A stretch of DNA of 64,000 bases from Alphaproteobacteria bacterium (GCA_964291265.2 OZ219747.1:2400001-2464000), one strand, 5' to 3'; shown: positions 1-12,411, counted from the stretch's first letter. A program made the numbers and translations. The notes: generated from the letters alone by a model not told the origin.

Positions 1-777
1 ATCGACGATGCCGATGTCCATTCGCTCGTCGGACGCGTGACGGATCGCCGCATCGTCACCTATGGACTGGGTGCCCGGGCCGAGGTGCGGGGAACCGGAC
101 TGCGTCTCACCGGGACCGGTTACCGCTTCGATGCCGTGCTCACCGACCGCAGGACACATGTGGCGCGAACCCTTTGCGATCTCGATCTGCCGATGTGGGG
201 CCGCCACAACGTCACCAACGCACTCGCTGCCATCTCGGTGGCCCGGGAACTCGGCATTGACGACGATACGGTGAGGCGCGCCCTGGCCAGCTTTGCCGGG
301 GTGCGACGGCGCTTCACCCGCACCGGCGAAGCGCGCGGGGTGACGGTCATCGACGACTATGCCCACCATCCCGTCGAGATTGCCGCGGTCCTCGAGGCGG
401 CGCGCGAGGTGTTCCGGGGGCACGTCATCGCCGTGGTCCAGCCGCATCGCTACACTCGCCTTGCGAACCTGTTCGACGAGTTCTGCGCCTGCTTCAACAG
501 CGCCGATGCGGTCATCGTCGCCGACGTTCACGCCGCCGGCGAAACGCCGCTGGCCGGCGCCTCGCGCCAGCGCCTGGTGGAGGGCCTGCGTGAACGCGGC
601 CATCGCCAGGTCCTTTCTCTTGAGCGTCAGGAGGACCTGGCGGCCATGGTGGATCGCGTGACCGCGCCGGGAGACGCCGTGATCTGCATGGGCGCTGGTT
701 CCATCACGTCCTGGGCCGAAGCACTTCCGCGCCAACTCGAACTGCTGCCCGGCGGCGATGCGAGGGAGGCGTCATGA
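1..777 (+). CDS. murC: UDP-N-acetylmuramate--L-alanine ligase (5' truncated by window edge)
   Basis: Frame open from base 1; motifs GRHNVTNALAA, GVRRRF, DDYAHHPVEI, QPHRYTR, MGAGSIT; upstream of murB. Confidence 0.97.
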   Translation: MDDADVHSLVGRVTDRRIVTYGLGARAEVRGTGLRLTGTGYRFDAVLTDRRTHVARTLCDLDLPMWGRHNVTNALAAISVARELGIDDDTVRRALASFAGVRRRFTRTGEARGVTVIDDYAHHPVEIAAVLEAAREVFRGHVIAVVQPHRYTRLANLFDEFCACFNSADAVIVADVHAAGETPLAGASRQRLVEGLRERGHRQVLSLERQEDLAAMVDRVTAPGDAVICMGAGSITSWAEALPRQLELLPGGDAREAS

Positions 778-1700
778 TCGCCGAGGCGGCCGCTCACGCT
801 GCCCTGCCGGATGTCAGGGGCACCTATCGCCGGGGCGCCGACCTGTCGCGCACGACCTGGTTTGGCGTCGGTGGGCAGGCGGATGTCCTCTACCGCCCCG
901 CAGACGAGGATGATCTCGTCCATTTCATGGCGACACGGCCGGCCGGGCTGGCGGTCACCGTCCTGGGTGTCGGCTCCAATGTCCTGGTGCGGGATCACGG
1001 GATTGCCGGGGTCACCATCCGCCTTGGCCGTGGATTCACGGGCATCGCCGTGGAAGGGGGCGAGGTGCATGCGGGGGCCGCGGCTCTCGATGTCCATGTG
1101 GCGCGCCAGGCGGCAGCCGCCGGCATTGCCGGGCTCGAGTTTCTCGCTGGTGTGCCAGGCACGATTGGCGGCGCCATCGCGATGAATGCCGGCGCCTACG
1201 GCTGCGAGGTCGCGGATGTTCTCGTCCGGGTTCGCGCCGTCGGCCCCGACGGCGTCGTGCACGACCTCGATGCCGCGGAACTCGGGCATGGCTACCGGCA
1301 CTGCGGGCTCGCGGGAGAGTGGGTTTTCGTCTCCTGCGTGCTGCGCGGCGAACCAGGCGCCAGGCCGGCCATAGAGGCACGGATCCGGGAAATCCAGGAG
1401 CGCCGCGCCCTGACCCAGCCGACGAAGGAACGGACCGGCGGCAGCACGTTCCGCAATCCGCCGCCACCCTTCGAACGGGCCTGGGAACTCATCGACCGGG
1501 CCGGGTGCCGCGGTCTGCGCCGGGGCGGGGCGATGGTCTCGGAGAAACACTGCAATTTTCTCGTCAACACCGGCGCGGCATCGGCAACGGATCTCGAGGC
1601 CTTGGCCGAGGACGTGCGGCGGCGCGTCCGCACATCCCAGGGTGTGTGCCTGGAATGGGAGATACGGCGCCTCGGGCGGCTGCCCGGAGAGGCGCCGTGA
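774..1700 (+). CDS. murB: UDP-N-acetylenolpyruvoylglucosamine reductase
   Basis: GVGSNVLV, GLEFLAGVPGTIGGAIAMNAGAYG, TGGSTFRNP, SEKHCNFLVN, LEWEI. Confidence 0.97.
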   Translation: MIAEAAAHAALPDVRGTYRRGADLSRTTWFGVGGQADVLYRPADEDDLVHFMATRPAGLAVTVLGVGSNVLVRDHGIAGVTIRLGRGFTGIAVEGGEVHAGAAALDVHVARQAAAAGIAGLEFLAGVPGTIGGAIAMNAGAYGCEVADVLVRVRAVGPDGVVHDLDAAELGHGYRHCGLAGEWVFVSCVLRGEPGARPAIEARIREIQERRALTQPTKERTGGSTFRNPPPPFERAWELIDRAGCRGLRRGGAMVSEKHCNFLVNTGAASATDLEALAEDVRRRVRTSQGVCLEWEIRRLGRLPGEAP

Positions 1701-1755
1701 ACCGCGTCAGCCGCGGCCGGCGGGCCGCCTTCCGGGTCCGCTTCGGAGATGCTCC

Positions 1756-2676
1756 GTGAGGCCACACGTCGCAGTCCTGATGGGCGGTTGGAGCGCCGAG
1801 CGCGAGGTGTCGCTCGTCACCGGTCGACGCTGCGCCGACACTCTCGCATCCGCCGGCCACGAGGTCACCTGCATCGATGTCGACCGTGACATCGGCCATC
1901 GCCTGAGGGCGCTCGATCCTCCTCCCGACGTGGTGTTCAACGCCCTGCACGGCAGGTTTGGCGAGGACGGGTGCATCCAGGGCCTGTTGGAGACCATGGG
2001 ACTCCGCTACACTCACTCGGGTCCGCTGGCCTCGGCCCTGGCCATGGACAAGCCGATGGCCAAGCGCCTTTTCGCCTCCGCCGGCATTCCCTGCCCCGAC
2101 GGGCGCACGGCGCACCGCACGGAGGCCGGCCGCCCTGCCGGCTGGCAGAGACCCTTTGTCGTGAAACCCGGCCGCGAGGGATCGAGTGTCGGCGTGCGGC
2201 GCGTGCTGGCGGCGTGCAACGACGATCGGCTGCGCGACGCCGACTTTCGCTACGGCGACGACGTCATGATCGAATCCTACATCCCGGGGCGCGAACTCAC
2301 CGTCTGCGTGCTCGGCGAGAGGGCTCTCGGTGTCACGGAAGTCCTGACCGGCGAGGGATTCTACGACTATCGCAACAAGTACACCGAAGGGCATTCACGG
2401 CACGTCCTGCCGGCGCCCGTGCCCTGTGACGTCGCGGCCAGGGCCATGGAGATGGCGCTGGCCGCGCACCGTCTGCTCGGCTGCCACGCCGTGTCGCGGG
2501 CGGACTTCCGCTACGACGACACCAGGGGCGGGTCCGGCGGCCTCTACCTTCTCGAGATCAACACCCAGCCCGGCATGACGCCGGTGTCCCTGGTTCCCGA
2601 ACAGGCCGCCCATGCGGGAATGGACTTCGAGGAACTCGTGTGCTGGATCACGGAGCAGGCCCGATGCGAAGGATGA
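1756..2676 (+). CDS. ddl: D-alanine--D-alanine ligase
   Basis: VAVLMGGWSAEREVSL, FNALHGRFGEDG, EGSSVGV, LEINTQPGMT; GTG at 1756 with GGAG upstream. Confidence 0.96.
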   Translation: MRPHVAVLMGGWSAEREVSLVTGRRCADTLASAGHEVTCIDVDRDIGHRLRALDPPPDVVFNALHGRFGEDGCIQGLLETMGLRYTHSGPLASALAMDKPMAKRLFASAGIPCPDGRTAHRTEAGRPAGWQRPFVVKPGREGSSVGVRRVLAACNDDRLRDADFRYGDDVMIESYIPGRELTVCVLGERALGVTEVLTGEGFYDYRNKYTEGHSRHVLPAPVPCDVAARAMEMALAAHRLLGCHAVSRADFRYDDTRGGSGGLYLLEINTQPGMTPVSLVPEQAAHAGMDFEELVCWITEQARCEG

Positions 2677-3482
2677 CGCAGAGGAAGGCCTCCCGGCGTC
2701 TCTGGTGGGTGCTCGTGCGGCGTGTCGGACCGATCGTCCTCGTCGCCGCCCTGGTGTCGGGCGCCTGGGTGACAGGTCATCTCGCAACAGCCTGGCGCAG
2801 CGTGCTCGACACGGCGGTGGAGACGTCGATCACGGCCGGCTTCGAAGTCCGTCATGTCCTGGTTTCAGGCCGCTCGAAGACGGATCGCCAGACGCTCGTG
2901 GAAGCGCTGGGAATCGAGATCGGCGAGGCGCTGTTCGCCATCGACCTGGAGGCAGCGAGGGCCCGGGTCGCCACGCTCGCCTGGGTGCGTGACGCCTCCA
3001 TCAGGCGCCGCATGCCCGATGCCGTTGTCGTCGAACTCATCGAGCGTCGTCCGCTGGCCATCTGGCAACACCGGGGCGAGCTCTCTGTCATCGACTCCGT
3101 CGGCCAGATGATCGGTGGAGCCCGGCCGGAGGATCACTCCGGGCTGTTCCTCGTGGTGGGCCCGGGCGCCCCGGCCGCAGCCGCGGACCTCCTGGCGCTG
3201 CTCGCCCTGACGCCGGATCTGGCGCCCCGTGTGCTCGCCGCCGTACGCATCGGCCAGCGCCGCTGGAAGCTCCATCTCGACGGTGGAATCGACATTCACC
3301 TCCCCGAGGAAGGGGTGGAGGAGGCGTGGCTGGCGCTGGCTGGCATGGAGAGGAGCAGCGGACTGCTTTCCAGGGACGTCATGACCATCGATCTGCGCCT
3401 GGCCGATCGTCTCGTGGTGCGCCTCACCGAGGAGGCGCGGGAGCGTCTCGATCATGAGATGACGCGAGGAGAGGATACATGA
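2664..3482 (+). CDS. ftsQ: Cell division protein FtsQ/DivIB
   Basis: N-terminal TM, POTRA-like WVRDASIRRRMPD, C-terminal IDLRLADR; between ddl and ftsA; start approximate. Confidence 0.93.
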   Translation: MRRMTQRKASRRLWWVLVRRVGPIVLVAALVSGAWVTGHLATAWRSVLDTAVETSITAGFEVRHVLVSGRSKTDRQTLVEALGIEIGEALFAIDLEAARARVATLAWVRDASIRRRMPDAVVVELIERRPLAIWQHRGELSVIDSVGQMIGGARPEDHSGLFLVVGPGAPAAAADLLALLALTPDLAPRVLAAVRIGQRRWKLHLDGGIDIHLPEEGVEEAWLALAGMERSSGLLSRDVMTIDLRLADRLVVRLTEEARERLDHEMTRGEDT

Positions 3483-4711
3483 CGAATCCGGAACTCGTCG
3501 CTGCCGTCGACGTCGGCAGCAGCAAGGTCGCCTGCCTTGTGGCACGCGAGGACGAGAACGGCGGCCAGCGCATTCTCGGCGCCGGTCAGCAGGCGTCACG
3601 CGGCGTTCTCTCGGGCACCGTGGTCAACATGGAGGCGGCCGAACACTCCGTGGCGGCGGCGGTGACCCTCGCCGAGCAGTGCGCCGGGGAGACACTGCGC
3701 CGGGTATGGGTCGGTGTTTCCGGTGGTCAGCCGCGATCGGAGACCGTCGCCGTCGACGTCAGCATCGCCGGCCACGAGGTTGGCGACGCCGACCTGCGCA
3801 GGGTGGTCAACAAGACTCGCCAGGCGGCGCACCACCCCTCGCGGGAGCTGCTGCACGCCATTCCTGTGGGATATGCCATCGATGGAAGCCATGGCATCCG
3901 CGATCCCAGGGGCATGGTCGGGGAGCGTCTCGGCGTCAGGGTCCATCTCGTCTCCTCGGAACGCGGGCCCATGGCCAATCTCGAAACCTGCATCGGTCGC
4001 TGCCATCTCGACATCGCCGGCCATGCCGCTTCGGCCTGTGCCGCAGCGCTCGGCTGCCTGGTGGAAGACGAGATGGAGATGGGTGTGACGGTCATCGATT
4101 TCGGGGGTGGAACCACCGACCTGGCGATGTTCATGGAGGGCGAATGTGTTCACGTGGATTCCATGCCCGTGGGCGGTCAGCACGTCACGTCCGACATCGC
4201 CGAGGCCCTTTCGACCCCCACGGAGACGGCAGAGAGGATCAAGACGCTTCATGGCAGCGTGCTCTCGTTCGAGAGCGACAGCCACGAGACCTTCGAGATC
4301 CCCCTGATCGGCGAACGCGACGGCGCGGTGCGGGCCATCACGAGGGCCGAGCTGACCGCCATCATCCGCCCCCGCGTCGAGCACATGCTCCAGATGCTGA
4401 AAGGCCGCCTCGACGCCGAGGAGATTGCCCGGCGTGCCTCCCGCCGCCTGGTGCTCACCGGCGGCGCAGCGAAGCTCCAGGGCCTGGGCGAACTCGCGGT
4501 GCGCCACCTCGGCCGCCAGGTCCGTGCAGGACATCCCATCTGGCTCAAGGGCCTGGACGGGCGAACCACGGACCCCGCCTTCACGGCCTGTGCCGGCCTG
4601 CTGCGGTATGCGGCGCGGGGTGGCGAACTGGGGCGCAGTGAATTCAGCAGCTGGCACGCGAGGAGAGGTCCCTTCGACCGCCTCGGCCAGTGGCTGCGAC
4701 TGGCGTCATGA
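3479..4711 (+). CDS. ftsA: Cell division protein FtsA
   Basis: [38 protein letters not shown]. Confidence 0.96.
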   Translation: MTNPELVAAVDVGSSKVACLVAREDENGGQRILGAGQQASRGVLSGTVVNMEAAEHSVAAAVTLAEQCAGETLRRVWVGVSGGQPRSETVAVDVSIAGHEVGDADLRRVVNKTRQAAHHPSRELLHAIPVGYAIDGSHGIRDPRGMVGERLGVRVHLVSSERGPMANLETCIGRCHLDIAGHAASACAAALGCLVEDEMEMGVTVIDFGGGTTDLAMFMEGECVHVDSMPVGGQHVTSDIAEALSTPTETAERIKTLHGSVLSFESDSHETFEIPLIGERDGAVRAITRAELTAIIRPRVEHMLQMLKGRLDAEEIARRASRRLVLTGGAAKLQGLGELAVRHLGRQVRAGHPIWLKGLDGRTTDPAFTACAGLLRYAARGGELGRSEFSSWHARRGPFDRLGQWLRLAS

Positions 4712-4805
4712 TGCATGCCGCCGGAAACATCAACACCCCTGTCGGCTCCGTTGCGGGCCCGGGGTGAGGAGTGCAACACAGCATGCGGATACGGAGGAGA
4801 TAGCG

Positions 4806-6269
4806 ATGGTCATTGATGTTGGATTCCCTGAGATAGAGTGCATCAAGCCGCGGATCACGGTGTTCGGCATCGGCGGCGCGGGAGGCAATGCGGTCAACAA
4901 CATGATCGTCAACGGTCTCTCAGGTGTCGACTTCGTCGTCGCCAACACCGATTCACAGGCCCTCGATCGTTCCCGCGCCGACAGGAGGATCCAGTTCGGC
5001 GCCTCGGTCACCCAGGGGCTTGGCGCGGGGTCGAGGCCCGACATAGGCAAGGCGGCGGCCGAAGAGGCCTTAGGCGAGATCTCCCAGCATCTCGCCATGT
5101 CGCACATGGTCTTCATCACCGCCGGCATGGGTGGGGGGACCGGCACCGGAGCGGCGCCCGTCGTGGCCCGCGCCGCCCGCGAGAACGGCATGCTTGCCGT
5201 CGGCTTCGTCACCATGCCCTTCGATTTCGAGGGGCGGGAGCGTCATCGCATTGCCGAAGCCGGGGCGCTGGAGCTGCAGGAGGAAGTCGACACGCTGGTC
5301 GTCATTCCCAACCAGAACCTGTTCCGCGTGGCCAACGAGGCGACAACCTTCGCCGACGCCTTCCAGATGGCCGACGACGTGCTTCACACGGGTGTGCGCG
5401 GCATCACGGACCTGATGGTCCAGCCCGGGATGATCAACCTGGATTTCGCGGATGTCCGCCGGATCATGGGTGAGCGCGGCAAGGCGATGATGGGAACCGG
5501 CGAGGCGTCGGGCGAGAAACGTGCGCTCGACGCGGCGGAAGCGGCCATCTCGAATCCCCTTCTCGACGAGGTGTCGATGAAGGGCGCCAGCGGTGTCCTC
5601 ATCAACGTCACCGGGGGAGGCGACCTGAAACTCTTCGAGGTCGATGAGGCGGCCCGGCGCATCACCCAGGAAGTCGACCCCGATGCCCACGTCATCATCG
5701 GCACCGCCCACGACGATTCCCTCGATGGCGCGATGCGGGTCTCGCTTGTCGCCACGGGAATCCGCATGACCGAGGCGACACGTGTGGAATCCGCTCCCCT
5801 CATCGTCGAGGATTTCGCCGAACCGGGGGTGGGCGATGAGGAGGAGGCAGCCGGGGATCCCGAGCTGCAGCACGTGCGTTTCACGGCCATCTCCGGCGGC
5901 AAGTCCCTCGAGGCGGGCGCGGTGGAGGGCGGCGATTCCTGGTCCTTCGGGGACGAGGAGGCGGTGGCGGTTGCCGGGCACGCCGGCGTGGAAGCGTCCC
6001 GCGTGAGGGAAGGCGACGATGCTCGCGCCGATCAAGCGCCCCTCTTGCACGGCGCCGAGGTGGCGCCGGTGACGCGCAAGCCTTCCTTCGTCGAGTGGGT
6101 GACGAGGAGCAAGCGCGGGTCGACGCAGGGCGACCGGTCCGGTGAGCCGGCGGCAGACCTCCACCATGCGGACGGTTCCCGTACCGGTGACCGTCCCTCG
6201 TTGCTGCGCGAGTCCTACGGCGATGAGGACAACCTGAACATCCCGTCATTCCTGCGTCGCAAGGATTGA
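4806..6269 (+). CDS. ftsZ: Cell division protein FtsZ
   Basis: [11 protein letters not shown], tubulin signature [17 protein letters not shown]-terminal LNIPSFLRR; ATG 4806 with GGAGGAG RBS. Confidence 0.98.
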   Translation: MVIDVGFPEIECIKPRITVFGIGGAGGNAVNNMIVNGLSGVDFVVANTDSQALDRSRADRRIQFGASVTQGLGAGSRPDIGKAAAEEALGEISQHLAMSHMVFITAGMGGGTGTGAAPVVARAARENGMLAVGFVTMPFDFEGRERHRIAEAGALELQEEVDTLVVIPNQNLFRVANEATTFADAFQMADDVLHTGVRGITDLMVQPGMINLDFADVRRIMGERGKAMMGTGEASGEKRALDAAEAAISNPLLDEVSMKGASGVLINVTGGGDLKLFEVDEAARRITQEVDPDAHVIIGTAHDDSLDGAMRVSLVATGIRMTEATRVESAPLIVEDFAEPGVGDEEEAAGDPELQHVRFTAISGGKSLEAGAVEGGDSWSFGDEEAVAVAGHAGVEASRVREGDDARADQAPLLHGAEVAPVTRKPSFVEWVTRSKRGSTQGDRSGEPAADLHHADGSRTGDRPSLLRESYGDEDNLNIPSFLRRKD

Positions 6270-6492
6270 TGACAAGGACCGCAGTTCCCGGTTCACGCCC
6301 GATGCACATGATGCGAGCGTATCGTGAAAGCGCCGGACATGGCCGAGGCAGGTCGCCTCGGAGAACTTGATGCCGAAGATCGCGTGCACGAGCGAGACGG
6401 CACGGCGCAGGGCTGAGCATCTGGGCGACCAGCAGGTTGATGACGGGGGCCTTGATGCTGACGCCGTATGAGCACGGGGCCCGGCACTTCTC

Positions 6493-9400
6493 CTACCAGT
6501 TGAGGGCGCCGCGCAGCATGAGGCTGTCTTCGCTGACCGGCCCCGGCCGGTGCGCGCCCTCGAGGCCGAGGGAGAGTCCCGCGCCGAGGCGGTAGCGGGT
6601 GCCGAGCCGCAGGGTGCGCCCGCCGGTCTCCGCCAGGCTCATCCCGGCCCAGGGGGTGAGCACCGCGAGAGGCCCCGGACCGGCAAGGCCGAAGCCGTGG
6701 CCCACCTCCGCCTCCAGGCGGCCCTCTGCCGATGTCGTACCCGATGCCGCCGCGGGCAGGCCGTGGTCGAACAGTTCTCCCAGATCACTCTCGGTGCGCC
6801 CGTGCGCGGGACCGAAGGCGAGGAAGGTTCCAAGCCCGTCGGCCCCGGGGGCGAGGCGCACCAGGGCGCTCACACCCCACTCGTCACGGTCCGCCTCGTG
6901 GGCCGCCAGGAGCCGCGTGCGCAGCTCCGCCGTCAGACCCTCCGCCGGGTCCCGCCATGTCACGCTCGCCCCGGCCTCGAGGCCCGCCCCCTCGGCGGCG
7001 TCGCCCGCGTCATGGCGCACCCCCGCCTCCAGGGCCGGGGTCAGCGTCGCACCGCTTGCCAGCGCGTGCTCGTGCGACCCCTCCAGCAGCAGCCGCAGGC
7101 GGGTCGTCCTCGCCGTCAGCCCCGCCAGGCCGTCATCGGACCCCGTGCGCAGGCGCGCCAGCGCGCCCTCGCCCTTGACCGCAAGGCGCGTCATGCCGCC
7201 CTCGATGAGGTCCGCATGCTCAATGAGGACGCTGCGGGCGCCCGCCGCCGCGCTCCACTGCGCCAGGTCCGTGCTGCGCACCGGCGCCCCCTCCTCGGCA
7301 ATCCGCACCTCGCCGGTCCCGTAGCCGAGGCTCGCCCACAGGGTCGAGCCGTCCGCCAGCAACCACGCCGCATAGGGATGCACCGACGTGATCGTGGTCT
7401 CGTGGACGCCCTTCACCTGGTCCGTCTGCGTGTCCAGCTCGCCCCGCACATGGGAGAGCGCCGCCCCGGCCAGAAGGTCGGGGCGCAGGCGCACGTCCGC
7501 CCCCAGCTGCGCCGACCACAGGCCGCCGTCCCACGACACGCCGCCTTGCGAACCCGACAGCGACAGCCACTCGCCCCGGCCCCACACGGCCAGCGGCGGC
7601 GCGGAGGCCTCGCCCTCGGCGCCCGCCGCCAGGGTGAAGGAGGCGCCGTCCAGCACCTCCGCCATGCTCGGGCCGGGCTCCTCCGGGTGCGGCGACGCCC
7701 ACGCGTCCTCCACCGGTGACGGCAGGGCGCCGAACTGCACCGTGCCGCCCCCCTCGCCGGAGGCCACCGCCTCGATGCGACCCGTCACCGCCCCCAGGGT
7801 CTGCGACATCGCCGCCGCCGCCACGTGCGGCAGCACCGCCGCATTCACCCGGTTCGACCTTGCCATGGACCCCGCCGCCCGGTCGCGCAGAACGCCAAGC
7901 GCCGTGGCGTCGTTCCCCACCACGTAGTCCGCCGCATCGTTCAGCGTGATGCGGTAGGCTTCCGCGCCTTCCGCATCCGCATCGGCCGCCGTCGGGATCG
8001 TCACCACGCCCGTTCGCCGCCCCGCGGCGCCGAACACCGCATCGAACGAACGCGGACCCAGACCGCCCGGAACGTCACCGGCATCGAAGCCGCCGCCGTC
8101 CCGGGACGCCAGGGTCAGGCTCACCCGCAGACTGCCCGTCAGCGCCCGGTCGGCGCTCACCACGAGGCGGATGGCCTCGCCCTCGGTCACCGCCGCCGGA
8201 TCCTGCGCCAGGGTCAGCACCGGCAAGAGCGTCGTGTCCGTCACCGTCACCGCCACCGAATCGATGGTCACCGAAGCGTAGCCCCCGCCGCTCGCACCAT
8301 GGGTCAGCGTCGCCGTGTCGTCGGTCGTGTCCTCGTCACGGGCCGCGCGCACCGTCACCTCTTGCGCCGTGTCCCAGTTGGCCGTGGTGAAGGTCAGGCT
8401 CGCCGGTTCCACCGTCACCTCGCCCGAGGCGCCGCCCACCGTCACCGTGACCTCGCCCGAGGGTTCCGTGTCCAGCACCACCGTGTAGGCCGCACTGCTC
8501 CCCTCCGCCACCGTCAGCGCGGTCGGCGTCACCGTCACGCTTGCGTCTGCGGTGGGCGTCGTGCCGCCTCCGCCACCGCCGCCTCCGCCGGGCGCCACCG
8601 GCGCCGCCGGCGTCGCCGTCACCGGCGCATCCGGACCGGCGCCGTTGCCGGCCCCGTTCACCGCGCGCACCTCGAACTGGTAGGCAGTGCCGTTCGTCAG
8701 ACCGCTCACCTCGTAGCTGGTGGTGCCCGCAGCGGAGCCGGGAATGTCCTCCCACGCGCCCCAGTCGTCGCTGCCGGACTTCCGCCGCACCTGCCACTTG
8801 GTGATGGTCGGATTGTCCGGGTCGGTCCAGCTCAGCGTCACCGAAGCGTTGCCCGCCGCGCCGGCAAGGCCGGCCGGCTTCCCGGGCGCCACATCCTTCT
8901 CCGCCACGCTCACCACCACAGAGGCGATGGTCACCGAGGCGTAGCCGCCGCCAGAGGCGCTGTGGGTCAGCGTTACGGCGGCGTCCGTCGTCGTGTCCGT
9001 GTCCGTGCCTGCGTTCACCGTCACCGTCTGCGGCTGGTTCCAGTTGGCTCTGGTGAAGGTCAGCGACGCGCCCGTCACCGTCACGTCCCCCGACGCGCCC
9101 GCCACCGTGATCGTCACATCCGATGACGGCGGCGTGTTCAGCCGCATCGTGTACGTCCTGCTGCCGCCTTCCGCCACCGTCAGCGCCGCCGTCGACACCG
9201 TCACCCCCGGCGTATCGGCCACCGTCACGTCCACCGTGCCCGCGTCGGGAATCGCATCCGCAGAAGCTCCCGTCAGACGGAAGGCGTGGTTGATCACCGC
9301 CGTGCCGTTCGCCACCCCGGTCACCGTCACCGTCCGCGCCGTGCTGTAGTTGCTGGTGGTGAAGGTCAGGCTCGCCGGACTGACCCGCGCCGCCGCCGTG

Positions 9401-12046
9401 TCGTCGCTCGTCACCCGCAGTGTCCCCGCATAGGCCTTCGTCAGCGCCACCGTGTAGGTCGCCGTGGAACCGGGCGCCACCGTCACCGGCGTCCCGGTCA
9501 GCGTGAGCGCCGCCGTGGTGTCGTCCTTGAAGGTCACCGTACGGATGTTCGACCAGGGACCCTGAAGGTTACCCGTTCCCCCGGCGACCCCCGCCATGCG
9601 ATAGCCCGTCGCCCGAACCCGGACCTCGACCGATGCCCCGTCAGGATAGTTCAGCAGAAGCCGATTGTTGCGAGAGCCCGGATTCTGTCTGGCACTCGCC
9701 TGGTTGAGACTGTGATCCGTCCAGGTGCTTGCCCCCTTCAGCCGGGTCTGCGCTCTCCACCAATGGAACTTGGCCGCGTCTTTCACATAGTCGTCCGCAT
9801 CCGATAACTCGTTCGAGCCGCCGGCATGGGTCCAGGTCAGGTCGATCTGCCCGTTCGTCGTCGAAGTCGCCGCCGTCAGCACCGGGGCCGCCGGATCGGT
9901 CTTAGCCGTCACCTGATCCGACCACACCGACTGCTCCCCGGGACGGACCGCCGCGAACAGGCGGAACGTGTAGTCCGTGCCCTTCGTCAGACCCGTCACC
10001 CGGACGCTCGTCCTGCTTGCGCCCGTGAGCGTCGTGGTCGTGCTCCAGCCGCCCGTGCTCTTGTACTGATAGCCCCAGCTCGTGATCGGAATGCCCGTCA
10101 AGGCGCTCCAGCTCAGGGTGACCGAGGCATCGCCCCCTGCCGCCGTCAGAACCGGCTTGGGAACCGTATTCGTCGGCGTCGCCTTCACCTGGTCCGACCA
10201 CACCGACTGCACCCCGGGACTGACTGCCGCAAACAGCCGGAACGTGTATTCCGTGCCGATCGTCAGTCCCGTCACCGTGGTGCTCGTCGTGCTGCCGCCC
10301 GTGACCGTCCGGGTCCTGATCCAGCTGCCGCCCGCGGGCTTGTACTGATAGCCCCAGCTCGCTACCGTCACACCCGACAGCGCGCTCCAGCTCAGGGTGA
10401 CCCTGGCGTAACCCGCTTCGGCGCTCAGCACCGGCTTGGGAACCGCCGCCGACGCCGACGGCGTCGCCTCCACCACCGCCGACGCGGCGCCGTTGCCGCC
10501 GCTGTTCCGCGCCCGGATGCGGAAGCGGTACTCGCTGTCGTTCGTCAGACCCGTCACCGTGTAGCTCACCGTGTCGGCGTCCGAACCGGGAATCGCGGTC
10601 CAACTGCCCCAGGCGGCGGTCCCCTTCCTCTGCTGCACCCGATACCGCGTGATCGAATCGTCGTCCGGATCGGTCCATCTCAGCGTCACCTGCCCGTTGC
10701 CCGCCTCCGCCGACAACCCCGCCGGGGCAGAGGGCGCCATGGTCGTGGTTGTTACGTCGTTGTCAGTGATGGTGAGAATGAGCATGTTGCTGTTCTGCGT
10801 CCAGCCATCCGAACGTGCCAGACTGTTGGGGACAAGCCTCAGGGCGACGGTTTCCCCGGTTCCCTCATCGACCGTGTCGCCCAGTATGCCGATTTTGAAA
10901 CTTCCATTCGTCCCGATGTTAACATTTACAAATGCGTTGTCGCCGAATACACCGGGATAACAGATATCCGCACCGCTGGACGGAGAACTGCAAGATGTGG
11001 TGCCAACATTGGTGTTGTCGGTTGCCGTGCTGCTGGCGGCAACAAACTCAACATCAAATCTCACTCTAGTTGGCGTGCCTTCCCCGAGCTTGACGTTGAT
11101 CGTCACATCCTTCTTGCCGGAATCGCCCTCGGTGATCGTGGTTGACGCGGTCGATATGGTGACGGTCTTGGAAGCGGGCGCGGGGTCGGTGATGGTGACG
11201 GTGGTGGAGGTCGTGACCGCCGTGGCGGTGCCGTCCTGGCCCCTCCAGCTCCAGGTGACCGTATGCGTGCCCTTGCCCAGACTGGCGCAAGGATTGAGGT
11301 TGACGCCGCGCCCCTTCGTGATGCCGGCGGGAGCCTGCGTGATCTCGACGCCGAGGCTCGCGTCGGAGAGCACCGAATGCGCGGTCACGGCCGCCTTTCC
11401 CTGACGCGCCTCCAGGTACGTGACCGTACCTTGCGAGACCGAAAGCAGATTGTAGCACACCTGAGTCGTCGTCTCGGCGGTCCTGATGGTACTGTCCGGG
11501 CCGGAGACCAGCGTCGGGGCCGGCACCTGCGGTGTGGCGCTCGCTTCGCTGCTTTGACGGAAAGCTGTATTGGCAGCAGTCTGCGCGTAGACAATGAACT
11601 GATAAAGGGTTCCGTTCGTCAGGCCCGTTACCGTGTGGCTTCTGGTGCTGCCGTCGGAACCTGGAATAGCGATGGGTGTCCCAGCCCAACTATATGTGCC
11701 GCCATTGATCTTGTACCCCCAACCGGTTAGCACGCTCCCGCTGCCGGTATACGTCCAGTTCAGCGTCACCTGTTCGTCGCCCGCCGTGGCGGTGAGGACC
11801 GGCGATTGCGCCTGCGCGTACTGGGGCGCGAGGGCGGTGGCCAGCGCGATGAGGAAGAGGGCAGCGAATGCCGCCTTCAGGAGGCGGGCGGTTCTTTCGA
11901 GGGCGCCCACCGGCTCAGCTCCGCGCCCTGACTCTTGAGGGGGGGGGGGTACGACGAGTACGGGTTCGCGCGCGTGCGAGGCGCTCAGCACCCCGCCTGA
12001 AGAGCCGCAGGTAATGCATCCCGATATCGTAGGACATCCCCGTCAT
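6493..12046 (-). CDS. Large autotransporter adhesin: signal peptide, multiple fibronectin type III and Calx-beta/Ig-like repeats, C-terminal beta-barrel. Best start ATG 12046 is out of frame at a C11 tract; the long ORF itself is 6493..11991
   Basis: Signal peptide ending AQA|QS; Fn3 repeats (VTLSW...GLTNGT.Y.F.VRA.N..G.G); SLTFTTANW repeats; barrel region ending in terminal Trp (LRGALNW). Confidence 0.88.
9910..10444. repeat. Tandem duplication of an Fn3 domain-coding unit (~276-279 bp period)
   Basis: ccgaccacaccgactgc at 9918 and 10194; accggcttgggaacc at 10151 and 10430; near-identical peptides VPKPVL...QSVWSDQV. Confidence 0.9.
11939..11949. repeat. G11 (C11 on coding strand) homopolymer in 5' end of autotransporter gene
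   Basis: actcttga-GGGGGGGGGGG-tacg; the longest homopolymer noticed in the window. Confidence 0.92.
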
Positions 12047-12411
12047 GACCTTGTCCTCCCGTGCCCGTACCGAATTCCACGCCGCCACCCCGCAGGACTG
12101 CAACGAACCCGTCTGTGCAATCCGTAACCCATCCGCAGGTTGGACGCAACATACGTGCCGCGCCCTCCGCCACCGGGGACCAGGCGATCAAGGATGGCCC
12201 GTTCCGTGTCCGCATCGCGCATCGCCTCGGCTCACCGGGCCCGCACCATCGGCCTCGCCGCCAATGGCGTCGCCGCGCACGGCTGCCGAAGGATCCGCCC
12301 GCGTTGGCGCACCGCACCCGCGCGGCTGCCCCCGCGGTCACGGGTCAAGCCGTCCGCTTGCCCCGCATCGGCTTGGTCGGCGTGCGGTCCAGCCCCCTTT
12401 GCCCGACCCGG

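Noticed and set aside
4425-4805. Apparent 127-aa N-terminal extension of FtsZ (similar extensions on ddl, lysC, purM, hdaA, hpnC)
   Set aside because: Longest-ORF artefacts; family-consistent downstream starts exist, several with clear RBSs
8200-11800. Adhesin repeats as a CRISPR array or DGR template/variable repeats
   Set aside because: Repeats are domain-length and in frame, with no spacer pattern; no cas or reverse transcriptase gene in the window
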